Source: Octopus sinensis (lineage: Eukaryota). Taken from it: DNA of 64,000 nucleotides. This document shows positions 11,565 through 24,708 of the stretch, one piece after another. The translations under genes and the position numbers were made by a program. The stretch spans positions 78,430,001-78,494,000 of the forward strand of contig NC_043000.1 in assembly GCF_006345805.1 (NCBI RefSeq), written 5' to 3'. The first letter of the stretch is position 1; every line of letters begins with the position of its first letter. The notes below the pieces were generated by a model. It searched no databases. It was not told the DNA's origin and saw nothing but the letters and a program-made list of their open reading frames with translations.

Positions 11565-14500
11565 ATGGATTACATTTATGTTGGTTGTTTGAATGTGCGC
11601 GGCCTGGGAGCAGGCTGGAAGCAAGGTCGCTTCCTGCATGATATCAGGTCGCGTAATTTAGATGTTATTGTTGCTACAGAACCCGGTTAGAGGGGCCAAG
11701 AGGTCTACTCCCGCTGTTTGACGGCTACGAGAGTTTTTTCTCTCCTGGCAGTCCTACAGGCGGGAGTGGGGTGTTGGTCCTATTAAAAAGAAACCGGGTT
11801 TCTGAGAAAAAGTTAATTTTTGCAGATCCAGAAGGTAGGCTGGTCGTCATGGATTTGACGTTCAGTAATGGTAAAGTTATCAGACTGGTTGCAATTTACG
11901 CACCACCAACCATACAGGGCAAAGTGATTATTTTCGTGAACTAGAAAACTTTCTTGGTACTTCGCATTCATTAGTGGTGCTAGGAGACTTTAACACAATT
12001 TGCAAAGCGGATGTAGATTATGTTGGCTCGTGTCCAGATAGAAAGGCAACAGTGGCTTCATGGAACTGCTAAGCCGCTTTGAGCTAGCAGATCCTTATAG
12101 GCTGGAATTTCCGACGCGCTCCATTGTGGACATGGTCAAACAGCGACGGATCTTCCAGGTCATATTTAGATAGAATACTAATTAGAAAAGTAGACAGTAA
12201 AATAGCTAAGTGTCCACAGTTTTACCCGATCAGCTACAGTGATCATAAAATGGTCACTTGTAAGCTTGACATAGATAAGGTTAAAAATAGAGGATCCGGT
12301 TACTGGAAACTTAATACGTCCCTTTTGGCGATTAAGGAGTACAAAGACCGGATTAGGAATATAATTCAGAGGGCACTATCTGGTACCATCATTAATAACA
12401 AATGTGGTACGCCCTCAAACGAGCCATCAAGTTGAGTCTATTAGATATAGCATAGGAGTAGTGGCTAGAGAGGCTAGAAGGGAAACTACTCTAGTTAAGG
12501 AATTAGAGGAAGCCATGAAAACTGGCTCTGCGGCTCAGGTGGCGTCCAAGAGACTGGTGTTAAACCAGCACCTCGAGGCCAAACACATGGGCTGCATTGT
12601 CAGGGCTAGAATCCGCCATATGGGATGTGAAGGAATCAACGCCGTGAGATGGGCCCGAGTGGTGGAAGCTCGGCATGGTAACGATGCCACGATTCGATCT
12701 TTGACGAACCAACAAGGTGAGTTGATAAACGAGCCCGAGGAGATGTGTGAGGCCTTTCAGGAGCACTTCGCTCAGCTTTTCGGTGAGTGCGGCGGACTGG
12801 ATAGGAGGAGGGCCTTTACGGACCTACTCGACGGTCTGCCGCGCTTATCGGGGCGGGATGCGGAGGGCTGTGAAGGGCCAATCACGCCTGAGGAGGTGGT
12901 TGAGGCATAGGCGGACTGCGGCGCGGGCAAGGCGCCGGGTTTGCATGGTCTACCCTATGAGTTATATAAGAGTATGCCAGACTTGTTCGGGCACCTACTG
13001 GCGGAGGTCTATGCGAACTGGCAGCAGAACGGGCTTATACCCAGATCTGTGCGCCGGGGAGTAGTGACTCTCGTCAGAAAGGACCCGAACAAGGGGGAGT
13101 GCATTGATAATTTCAGGCCCATCACTCTGCTAAACACAGAGTTGAAGATTTTGGCCAAAGTGTTATCGAAAAGATTGGCGCGTGTCGCGGATGGTCTGAT
13201 CGGGGAGGCACAGACATGTGCCGTTCCGGGCAGATCCATTCAGGATAATCTCCATCTAATGCGGTACACTATAGAGGGGTTTAATAGTGATTCTGGCAAG
13301 GGTGAGGCACTGGTCCATTTAGACCAATCTAAAGCTTTTGATAGGGTCGACCATCGTTACCTGGTATCTGCCCTGGCACAGTTCGGGCTGAGCCTTGGCT
13401 TCCTCAGGTGGATTATCCAAATTTATGATAACATCGACTCGGTAGTTCGGGTGAACGGCTTCTTGTCGAAGCCGTTCAAAATCAAACGCTCGGTTCGTCA
13501 AGGGTGTCCGCTCTCCTCGCTTTTGTACGTGATGGCTCTTGAGCCATTACTGCGAAAACTGAGCGGCATCCCGAGACAGCCAGGTAATGGAAAATCAGTG
13601 TCAGCGTACGCGGATGACATCACCATCATCGTAACCGAAATGGACCACCTATGTAAAGTAGGCAAGGCCATAGAGGTTTACGAGACGGTGACAGGAGCAA
13701 AAGTTAATCGCGAAAAGTCAGTCGGCTTGCAACTCGGCACCTGGAGAGGCAAGTCGATGCCTCCTGACAGCGTCGTGGGACGTTGGACGGAGGGTCCGAT
13801 TAAACTGCTAGGGGTCTGGTTCGGTCCAGACCTCCAAATAGAGAAGAATTGGGGCGAGGTAACGAGCAAGGTGGCTGCAGTAGCCAAGACCTGGTCTTGG
13901 CGGTGGCTATCCCTGAAAGGGAGGGCGGAGGTGGCCAATGTGTTTATCGCATCGGTTATCACCTACCGCCTTTCCGTCGTTCCTTGCCCTGATTCGTGGT
14001 TGATCAAGTTGGAAAGACAGCTCTTCTACTTCTTGTGGAAGGGCGGGAAACCACTTGTGAAACGCTCTACTTGCTGTCAACAACCGTTAAAGGGTGGGCT
14101 AGGGATGCCTTGGCTGATGATGCGCAGACATGCGCTGAGGTTAAGACATCTGTGGCTCTACCTGGAGGGTGAACGGGTGTGGTCTTCGCTAGCAAAACTG
14201 ATGTTCCCAAGTTCACTAGTTTCGGTGGATGGGAACCTGGCTGAATCGTAGATCGAAACTTGGTACTTGGTACACGGAGTGTCGCAAGGCTCTCCTGCTA
14301 TTCCGTCGCTCGGGCAACGCCTGCGGTGGGGGTTCCACCACATTCTTCTATAGAGGGTTGGTAGAGGCGGAATGTGAAGATACCTTGGGGGAAACCCTAG
14401 GTCTCGACGATAATCAGCTGGCTAGTCTGTTCCGACGTACGTTCGAGCCGAGGACACTGGACAACTTCCAGAAGTCTCTGGCATGGCAATGCTACAGAGG

Positions 14501-14955
14501 AGCTCTACCTGTTCGGGATAAACTCGCAAGGCACGGTGGCCAAGACAGTCCGATATGTCCAAGATGTGGGCGGGATAGGGAAACCGTCCCGCACGCTATT
14601 GTTCATTGTCCGGACGTGTCTGAGGTGGGTTTATGCCGAACACCTGTTGTCAGGTACACGAAGAGTACAGCTGTCGACTGAGTCGATTACAAAAATTGAC
14701 CCACCGGATTTCCTCGTGAATGAAGGTAAGTTTCGTTTTCTCGTTGTAGTAGCAATTGCGAAAGAGGTGATATGGAAGACGAGAATGAAAGGTGTACAGT
14801 CAGGCAAGTTCATCTCCGGCCCTGGTTTGATGAAGTATTTCATCTTTCACCTGAAAAGGAAGATAGGGCTGGAGAGAATATGCCTGACTAGGAGAGTGTA
14901 TGAAGAACGATGGAATGATGTAGCACGAAAGTTGCGAGTGAAAGATACAACATAA
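11565..14955 (+). pseudogene. T1 ORF2 (APE endonuclease, reverse transcriptase, zinc finger), frameshifted
   Basis: ORF pieces 12124..12435, 12404..12910, 12941..14251 (FRPITLLN, LDQSKAFDRV, QGCPLS, YADD), 14229..14681 and 14536..14955. Confidence 0.9.
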
Positions 14956-15418
14956 ATGTAATACCAAGCGCAACCAAAAGTATCAGTGGGGAGGCGGGGC
15001 TCGTGGGGTCCGAGCTAAACCCGCACCCACTCCACCCGTAATGTCTTCCGGTCTGTCCCATCATTCGATTTCTGTCCATTTATTGTAATTCATGAAAATT
15101 TTTAATTCGATTTATTGTAAAAACCCATTCGTTTGTCTGACCCCATCATCAGATTGTATTGTCCCGTCTATGTTCGCCCCTTGTGGGTAATAATAAAACA
15201 ACCTGGCTCCAAGCTAATTGCGTTTATTAGTAAGTTGATATATTTTTGCTCTCGTACTTTATCTCTGTTAATTAATGTTGGTCTACCTGTTTTGTCTATT
15301 GTTGTCTAACTGACGAAGTCAGCCTTCGCGCGAAGACTTCGCGTTGGTGTTCCCCCCCTGGGGGGAAAACTACAATTAATTTGGATTTACAAAGGCTTGT
15401 TAAAGCCATTTGTTCAAG

Positions 15419-16789
15419 ATGGAGTCCCCCATCTCTTATTCGCCCGTGACGAGCGAGGATGAATACCCGGCGTTGTCGCCAACAAAAAAAGAGGCGTTGT
15501 CGCCAAGAAAAAAAGAGGCGTTGTCGCCGAAGAAAAAAGAGGCGGCGTCGCCCAAGAAAATGGAAAAACCAGTACCAGCATCAACTCCAGCAAAATAATT
15601 CGCTGAAGTGGCTGGAAAAAGATCAAAAAATAAATATAGAAAATTTTAAAAATTTGCAGACTGTGTAAAAAAAGAAGGCACAGAAGTGACTGTGGCCACA
15701 AACATACAAATACATGACGATAGATGAAAAAAAGAATAATATATAAAACTTACGACACACACGAAAAAAATGATCCAAAAAATCGAAGAAAAAAATAGAG
15801 TCTTGTCTAAAACCTTTTATGGATAAAATAACGTATATAAACAGAGGAAAAAGATACGGCACAGTGGAGGTGCGTTTTACTACGGAGGAGATAGCGAAGA
15901 AACTATCGATGGAGCCAATCAAAGCGGAAAACATTGTCTTACTACCATTGTATAAAGGAAAAAGGACGTCGAAAATTTCAATGAACAACATACCGCCAGA
16001 GGCAGATGCTGAATGTCTGGTGGCAGCAGTGATGGTAGGTCTGGAGGAAAAAATAAACATCCTCCAGGCCACAGTGGAGGAAGAGGAGTTTTGGAAGGGC
16101 AGAAAATAGTGATAGCCATTCAGGCGGAGGTGCAAACACTGGAAGAAATTCCAGAAACGGTAAAGATTAGTGAAGACGAGAAAATAACAGTTTTCGTGGA
16201 GGGCAGGAAGCCGAGGTGCTTCGGCTGCGGCAAGAAGGTCATGTAAGGGCGGAATGCCAACCCCAACCCAAACCGCAGGAAGCACCTAAGCCAAAAGAAA
16301 AAGAAGATAATGTGTCACCAGAAGCAGCGTCGGACGGCCCAGAAGGGAAGACTGAAGGTGTGGAGGTGACGGTGACAGCAGAACCAGCGGCGGAGGAAAA
16401 AAAGAGCGAGGAAAAGATAAATGAGGAGGGGTGGGCAAAAATTACCGGAAAAAAAAAAGAAAAACGGAAACCACCCCTCCCAGAGTAATTTTAAAAAAGA
16501 AAAAAGAGTCAATGAACTCGTATATGGCCGTAAAGGCAGCAAATAGCAGACTCGGAAACGTGTTGGCAGCCATGGCCAAAGTGGAGAAAGTAGTGAAAAA
16601 AACGACTTTGTAATTTACAGAATAGGCCGGAAGGATTACGGGCGGATAAAGTCAGAATTCTTCCATGACGTAGGCCCACTTAGATTGGATGTGACATCTC
16701 CACATATATTCGAGGGCCTACGTCAGACTCCCCCACGAGGCCCAGAAAAAGAGTTAGAAGAACAAGAGAAAACCGAACCACTGATATAA
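15419..16789 (+). pseudogene. T2 ORF1 region (leader ORF 15419-15598 plus gag-like core), frameshifted
   Basis: ORF pieces 15410..15598, 15819..16109, 16013..16246, 16216..16488 and 16431..16613. Confidence 0.8.
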
Positions 16790-16797
16790 GGTAAGTA

Positions 16798-19700
16798 ATG
16801 GATTACATTTATGTTGGTTGTTTGAATGTGCGCGGCCTGGGAGCAGGCTGGAAGCAAGGTCGCTTCCTGCATGATATCAGGTCGCGTAATTTAGATGTTA
16901 TTGTTGCTACAGAAACCCGGTTAGAGGGGCCAAGAGGTCTACTCCCGCTGTTTGACGGCTACGAGAGTTTTTTCTCTCCTGGCAGTCCTACAGGCGGGAG
17001 TGGGGTGTTGGTCCTATTAAAAAGAAACCGGGTTTCTGAGAAAAAGTTAATTTTTGCAGATCCAGAAGGTAGGCTGGTCGTCATGGATTTGACGTTCAGT
17101 AATGGTAAAGTTATCAGACTGGTTGCAATTTACGCACCCAACCATACAGGGCAAAGTGATTATTTTCGTGAACTAGAAAACTTTCTTGGTACTTCGCATT
17201 CATTAGTGGTGCTAGGAGACTTTAACACAATTTGCAAAGCGGATGTAGATTATGTTGGCTCGTGTCCAGATAGAAAAGGCAACAGTGGCTTCATGGAACT
17301 GCTAAGCCGCTTTGAGCTAGCAGATCCTTATAGGCTGGAATTTCCGAACGCTCCATTGTGGACATGGTCAAACAGCGACGGATCTTCCAGGTCATATTTA
17401 GATAGAATACTAATTAGAAAAGTAGACAGTAAAATAGCTAAGTGTCCACAGTTTTACCCGATCAGCTACAGTGATCATAAAATGGTCACTTGTAAGCTTG
17501 ACATAGATAAGGTTAAAAATAGAGGATCCGGTTACTGGAAACTTAATACGTCCCTTTTGGCGATTAAGGAGTACAAAGACCGGATTAGGAATATAATTCA
17601 GAGGGCACTATCTGGTACCATCATTAATAACAAATGGTGGTACGCCCTCAAACGAGCCATCAAGTTTGAGTCTATTAGATATAGCATAGGAGTAGTGGCT
17701 AGAGAGGCTAGAAGGGAAACTACTCTAGTTAAGGAATTAGAGGAAGCCATGAAAACTGGCTCTGCGGCTCAGGTGGCGTCCAAGAGACTGGTGTTAAACC
17801 AGCACCTCGAGGCCAAACACATGGGCTGCATTGTCAGGGCATAGAATCCGCCATATGGGATGTGAAGGAATCAACGCCGTGAGATGGGCCCGAGTGGTGG
17901 AAGCTCGGCATGGTAACGATGCCACGATTCGATCTTTGACGAACCAACAAGGTGAGTTGATAAACGAACCCGAGGAGATGTGTGAGGCCTTTCAGGAGCA
18001 CTTCGCTCAGCTTTTCGGTGAGTGCGGCGGACTGGATAGGAGGAGGGCCTTTACGGACCTACTCGACGGTCTGCCGCGCTTATCGGGGCGAGATGCGGAG
18101 GGCTGTGAAGGGCCAATCACGCCTGAGGAGGTGGTTGAGGCAAGGCGGACTGCGGCGCGGGCAAGGCGCCGGGTTTGGATGGTCTACCCTATGAGTTATA
18201 TAAGAGTATGCCAGACTTGTTCGGGCACCTACTGGCGGAGGTCTATGCGAACTGGCAGCAGAACGGGCTTATACCCAGATCTGTGCGCCGGGGAGTAGTG
18301 ACTCTCGTCAGAAAGGACCCGAGCAAGGGGAGTGCATTGATAATTTCAGGCCCATCACTCTGCTAAACACAGAGTTGAAGATTTTGGCCAAAGTGTTATC
18401 GAAAAGATTGGCGCGTGTCGCGGATGGTCTGATCGGGAGGCACAGACATGTGCCGTTCCGGGCAGATCCATTCAGGATAATCTCCATCTAATGCGGTACA
18501 CTATAGAGGGGTTTAATAGTGATTCTGGCAAGGGTGGGGCACTGGTCCATTTAGACCAATCTAAAGCTTTTGATAGGGTCGACCATCGTTACCTGGTATC
18601 TGCCCTGGCACAGTTCGGGCTGAGCCTTGGCTTCCTCAGGTGGATTATCCAAATTTATGATAACATCGACTCGGTAGTTCGGGTGAACGGCTTCTTGTCG
18701 AAGCCGTTCAAAATCAAACGCTCGGTTCGTCAAGGGTGTCCGCTCTCCCCGCTTTTGTACGTGATGGCTCTTGAGCCATTACTGCGAAAACTGAGCGGCA
18801 TCCCGAGACAGCCAGGTAATGGAAAATCAGTGTCAGCGTACGCGGATGACATCACCATCATCGTAACCGAAATGGACCACCTATGTAAAGTAGGCAAGGC
18901 CATAGAGGTTTACGAGACGGTGACAGGAGCAAAAGTTAATCGCGAAAAGTCAGTCGGCTTGCAACTCGGCACCTGGAGAGGCAAGTCGATGCCTCCTGAC
19001 AGCGTCGTGGGACGTTGGACGGAGGGTCCGATTAAACTGCTAGGGGTCTGGTTCGGTCCAGACCTCCAAATAGAGAAGAATTGGGGCGAGGTAACGAGCA
19101 AGGTGGCTGCAGTAGCCAAGACCTGGTCTTGGCGGTGGCTATCCCTGAAAGGGAGGGCGGAGGTGGCCAATGTGTTTATCGCATCGGTTATCACCTACCG
19201 CCTTTCCGTCGTTCCTTGCCCTGATTCGTGGTTGATCAAGTTGGAAAGACAGCTCTTCTACTTCTTGTGGAAGGGCGGGAAACCACTTGTGAAACGCTCT
19301 ACTTGCTGTCAACAACCGTTAAAGGGTGGGCTAGGGATGCCTTGGCTGATGATGCGCAGACATGCGCTGAGGTTAAGACATCTGTGGCTCTACCTGGAGG
19401 GTGAACGGGTGTGGTCTTCGCTAGCAAAACTGATGTTTCCCAAGTTCACTAGTTTCGGTGGATGGGAAACCTGGCTGAATCGTAGATCGAAACTTGGTAC
19501 TTGGTACACGGAGTGTCGCAAGGCTCTCCTGCTATTCCGTCGCTCGGGCAACGCCTGCGGTGGGGGTTCCACCACATTCTTCTATAGAGGGTTGGTAGAG
19601 GCGGAATGTGAAGATACCTTGGGGGAAACCCTAGGTCTCGACGATAATCAGCTGGCTAGTCTGTTCCGACGTACGTTCGAGCCGAGGACACTGGACAACT

Positions 19701-20191
19701 TCCAGAAGTCTCTGGCATGGCAATGCTACAGAGGAGCTCTACCTGTTCGGGATAAACTCGCAAGGCACGGTGGCCAAGACAGTCCGATATGTCCAAGATG
19801 CGGGCGGGATAGGGAAACCGTCCCGCACGCTATTGTTCATTGTCCGGACGTGTCTGAGGTGTGGGTTTATGCCGAACACCTGTTGTCAGGTACACGAAGA
19901 GTACAGCTGTCGACTGAGTCGATTACAAAAATTGACCCACCGGATTTCCTCGTGAATGAAGGTAAGTTTCGTTTTCTCGTTGTAGTAGCAATTGCGAAAG
20001 AGGTGATATGGAAGACGAGAATGAAAGGTGTACAGTCAGGCAAGTTCATCTCCGGCCCTGGTTTGATGAAGTATTTCATCTTTCACCTGAAAAGGAAGAT
20101 AGGGCTGGAGAGAATATGCCTGACTAGGAGAGTGTATGAAGAACGATGGAATGATGTAGCACGAAAGTTGCGAGTGAAAGATACAACATAA
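16798..20191 (+). CDS. T2 ORF2: APE endonuclease, RT and C-terminal CCHC finger; the best-preserved copy, with a few single-base indels
   Basis: 16798..17844 carries APE motifs (GCLNVRGL, ATETR, IYAPN, VLGDFN, YLDRILI, SDHK). 18491..20191 carries RT motifs (QGCPLSP, YADD) and CPRC-x8-H-x4-C. Confidence 0.88.
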
Positions 20192-20662
20192 ATGTAATAC
20201 CAAGCGCAACCAAAAGTATCAGTGGGGAGGCGGGGCTCGTGGGGTCCGAGCTAAACCCGCACCCACTCCACCCGTAATGTCTTCCGGTCTGTCCCATCAT
20301 TCGATTTCTGTCCATTTATTGTAATTCATGAAAATTTTTAAATTCGATTTATTGTAAAAACCCATTCGTTTGTCTGACCCCATCATCAGATTGTATTGTC
20401 CCGTCTATGTTCGCCCCTTGTGGGTAATAATAAAACAACCTGGCTCCAAGCTAATTGCGTTTATTAGTAAGTTGATATATTTTTGCTCTCGTACTATTAT
20501 CTCTGTTATTATATACTGTTGGTCTACCTGTTTTGTCTATTGTTGTCTAACTGACGAAGTCAGCCTTCGCGCGAAGACTTCGCGTTGGTGTTCCCCCCTC
20601 CGTGGGGGAAAACTACAATTAATTTGGATTTACCAAAGGCTTGTTAAAGCCATTTGTTCAAG

Positions 20663-22043
20663 ATGGAGTCCCCCATCTCTTATTCGCCCGTGACGAGCGA
20701 GGATGAATACCCGGCGTTGTCGCCAACAAAAAAAGAGGCGTTGTCGCCAAGAAAAAAAGAGGCGTTGTCGCCGAAGAAAAAAGAGGCGGCGTCGCCCAAG
20801 AAAATGGAAAAACCAGTACCAGCATCAACTCCAGCAAAATAATTCGCTGAAGTGGCTGGGAAAAAGATCAAAAAAATAAATATAGAAAATTTTAAAAAAT
20901 TTGCAGACTGTGTAAAAAAAGAAGGCACAGAAGTGACTGTGGCCACAAACATACAAATACATGACGATATAGAAAAAAAAAGAATAATATATAAAACTTA
21001 CGACACAACGAAAAAAATGATCCAAAAAATCGAAGAAAAAAAAATAGAGTCTTGTCTAAAACCTTTTATGGATAAAATAACGTATATAAACAGAGGAAAA
21101 AGATACGGCACAGTGGAGGTGCGTTTTATTACGGAGGAGATAGCGAAGAAACTATCGATGGAGCCAATCAAAGCGGAAAACATTGTCTTACTACCATTGT
21201 ATAAAGGAAAAAGGACGTCGAAAATTTCAATGAACAACATACCGCCAGAGGCAGATGCTGAATGTCTGGTGGCAGCAGTGATGGTAGGTTTGGAGGAAAA
21301 AATAAACATCCTCCAGGCCACAGTGGAGGAAGAGGAGTTTTGGAAAGGGCAAAAAATAGTGATAGCCATTGAAGCGGAGGTGCAAACACTGGAAGAAATT
21401 CCAGAAACGGTAAAGATTGGTGAAGACGAGAAAATAACAGTTTTCGTGGAGGGCAGGAAGCCGAGGTGCTTCGGCTGCGGCAAGAAGGGTCATGTAAGGG
21501 CGGAATGCCAACCCCAACCCAAACCGCAGGAAGCACCTAAGCCAAAAGAAAAAGAAGTTAATGTGTCACCAGAAGCAGCGTCGGACGGCCCAGAAGGGAA
21601 GACTGAAGGTGTGGAGGTGACGGTGACAGCAGAACCAGCGGCGGAGGAAAAAAAGAGCGAGGAAAAGATAAATGAGGAGGGGTGGGCAAAAATTACTGGA
21701 AAAAAAAAAAAGAAAAACGGAAACCACCCCTCCCAGAGTAATTTTAAAAAAGAAAAAAGAGTCAATGAACTCGTATATGGCCGTAAAGGCAGCAAATAGC
21801 AGACTCGGAAACGTGTTGGCAGCCATGGCCAAAGTGGAGAAAGTAGTGAAAAAAAACGACTTTGTAATTTACAGAATAGGCCGGAAGGATTACGGGCGGA
21901 TAAAGTCAGAATTCTTCCATGACGTAGGCCCACTTAGATTGGATGTGACATCTCCACATATATTCGAGGGCCTACGTCAGACTCCCCCACGAGGCCCAGA
22001 AAAAGAGTTAGAAGAACAAGAGAAAACCGAACCACTGATATAA
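20663..22043 (+). CDS. T3 ORF1 region: 59-aa SPxK leader, in-frame TAA (20840-20842), gag-like core with CCHC knuckle, one late frameshift
   Basis: ORFs 20654..20842, 20852..21799 and 21672..22043. Confidence 0.8.
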
Positions 22044-22051
22044 GGTAAGTA

Positions 22052-24708
22052 ATGGATTACATTTATGTTGGTTGTTTGAATGTGCGCGGCCTGGGAGCAG
22101 GCTGGAAGCAAGGTCGCTTCCTGCATGATATCAGGTCGCGTAATTTAGATGTTATTGTTGCTACAGAAACCCGGTTAGAGGGGCCAAGAGGTCTACTCCC
22201 GCTGTTTGACGGCTACGAGAGTTTTTTTCTCTCCTGGCAGTCCTACAGGCGGGAGTGGGGTGTTGGTCCTAATAAAAAGAAACCGGGTTTCTGAGAAAAA
22301 GTTAATTTTTGCAGATCTAGAAGGTAGGCTGGTCGTCATGGATTTGACGTTCAGTAATGGTAAAGTTATCAGACTGGTTGCAATTTACGCACCCAACCAT
22401 ACAGGGCAAAGTGATTATTTTCGTGAACTAGAAAACTTTCTTGGTACTTCGCATTCATTAGTTGTGCTAGGAGACTTTAACACAATTTGCAAAGCGGATG
22501 TAGACTGTGTTGGCTCGCGTCCAGATAGAAAAGGTAACAGTGGCTTCATGGAACTGCTAAGCCGCTTTGAGCTTGCAGATCCTTATAGGCTGGAATTTCC
22601 GAACGCTCCATTGTGGACATGGTCAAACAGCGACGGATCTTCCAGGTCATATTTAGATAGAATACTAATTAGAAAAGTAGACAGTAAAATAGCTAAGTGT
22701 CCACAGTTTTACCCGATCAGCTACAGTGATCATAAAGTGGTCACTTGTAAGCTTGACATAGATAAGGTTAAAAATAGAGGATCCGGTTACTGGAAACTTT
22801 GGCGATGAAGGAGTACAAAGACCGGATTAGGGACATAATTCAGAGGGCACTATCTGGTACCATCATTAATAACAAATGGTGGTACGCCCTCAAACGAGCC
22901 ATCAAGTTTGAGTCTATTAGATATAGCATAGGAGTAGTGGCTAGAGAGGCTAGAAGGGAAACTACTCTAGTTAAGGAATTAGAGGAAGCCACGAAAACTG
23001 GCTCTGCGGCTCAGGTGGCGTCCAAGAGACTGGTGTTACACCAGTACCTCGAGGCCAAACACATGGGCTGCATTGTCAGGGCTAGAATCCGCCATATGGG
23101 ATGTGAAGGAATCAACGCTGTGAGATGGGCCCGAGTGGTAGAAGCACAACATGGTAACGATGCCACGATTCGATCTTTGACGAACCAAACATGTGCCGTT
23201 CCGGGCAGAACCATTCAGGATAATCTCCATCTAATGCGGTACACTATAGAGGGGTTTAATAGTGATTCTGGCAAGGGTGGGGCACTGGTCCATTTAGACC
23301 AATCTAAAGCATTTGATAGGGTCAACCATCGTTACCTGGTATCTGCCCTGGCACAGTTCGGGCTGAGCCTTGGCTTCCTCAGGTGTATTATCCAAATTTA
23401 TGATAACATCGACTCAGTAGTTCGGGTGAACGGCTTCTTGTCGAAGCCGTTCAAAATCAAACGCTCGGTTCGTCAAGGGTGTCCGCTCTTCCCGCTTTTG
23501 TACGTGATGGCTCTTGAGCCATTACTGCGAAAACTGAGCGGCATCCCGAGACAGCCAGGTAATGGAAAATCAGTGTCAGCGTACGCGGATGACATCACCA
23601 TCATCGTAACCGAAATGGACCACCTATGTAAAGTAGGCAAGGCCATAGAGGTTTACGAGACGGTGACAGGAGCAAAAGTTAATCGCGAAAAGTCAGTCGG
23701 CTTGCAACTCGGCACCTGGAGAGGCAAGTCGATGCCTCCTGACAGCGTCGTGGGACGTTGGACGGAGGGTCCGATTAAATTGCTAGGGGTCTGGTTCGGT
23801 CCAGACCTCCAAATAGAGAAGAATTGGGGCGAGGTAACGAGCAAGGTGGCTGCAGTAGCCAAGACCTGGTCTTGGCGGTGGCTATCCCTGAAAGGGAGGG
23901 CGGAGGTGGCCAATGTGTTTATCGCATCGGTTATCACCTTCCGCCTTTCCGTCGTTCCTTGCCCTGATTCGTGGTTGATCAAGTTGGAAAGACAGCTCTT
24001 CTACTTCTTGTGGAAGGGCGGGAAACCACTTGTGAAACGCTCTACTTGCTGTCAACAACCATTAAAGGGTGGGCTAGGGATGCCTTGGCTGATGATGCGC
24101 AGACATGCGCTGAGGTTAAGACATCTGTGGTTCTACCTGGATGGTGAACGGGTGTGGTCTCCGCTAGCAAAACTGATGTTTCCCAAGTTCACTAGTTTCG
24201 GTGGATGGGAAACCTGGCTGAATCGTAGATCGAAACTTGGTACTTGGTACACGGAGTGTCGCAAGGCTCTCCTGCTATTCCGTCGCTCGGGTAACGCCTG
24301 CGGTGGGGGTTCCACCACATTCTTCTATACAGGATTGGTAGAGGCGGAATGTGAAGATACCTTGGGAGAAGCCCTAGGTCTCGACGATAATCAGCTGGCC
24401 AGTCTGTTCCGACGTACGTTCAAGCCGAAGACACTGGACAACTTCCAGAAGTCTCTGGCATGGCAATGCTACAGAGTAGCTCTACCTGTTCGGGATAAAC
24501 TCGCAAGGTGGCCAAGACAGTCCGATATGTCCAAGATGCGGGCGGGATAGGGAAACCGTCCCGCACGCTATTGTTCATTGTCCGGACGTGTCTGAGGTGT
24601 GGGTTTATGCTGAACAGCTGTTGTCAGGTACACGAAGAGTACAGCTGTCGACTGAGTCGATTACAAAAATTGACCCACCGGATTTCCTCGCGAAAGAAGG
24701 TAAGTTTA
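22052..24708 (+). pseudogene. T3 ORF2, deleted and frameshifted
   Basis: ORFs 22052..22294, 22206..22808 and 22799..24550 (reads IRSLTNQ|TCAVPGR across the deletion). Confidence 0.88.

Larger units (their letters stand above)
9972..15206 (+). mobile_element. Tx1-like (L1 clade) non-LTR retrotransposon, family T, copy T1, full length
   Basis: 5' UTR, ORF1 (10188-11556), ORF2 (11565-14955) with APE, RT (QGCPLS, YADD) and a CCHC finger, then a 3' UTR ending ...TAATAATAAAACAACCTGG. Many single-base indels. Confidence 0.92.
15207..20443 (+). mobile_element. Tx1-like non-LTR retrotransposon, family T, copy T2, full length
   Basis: Near-identical to T1 over 5237 nt, with the same termini. Confidence 0.93.
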
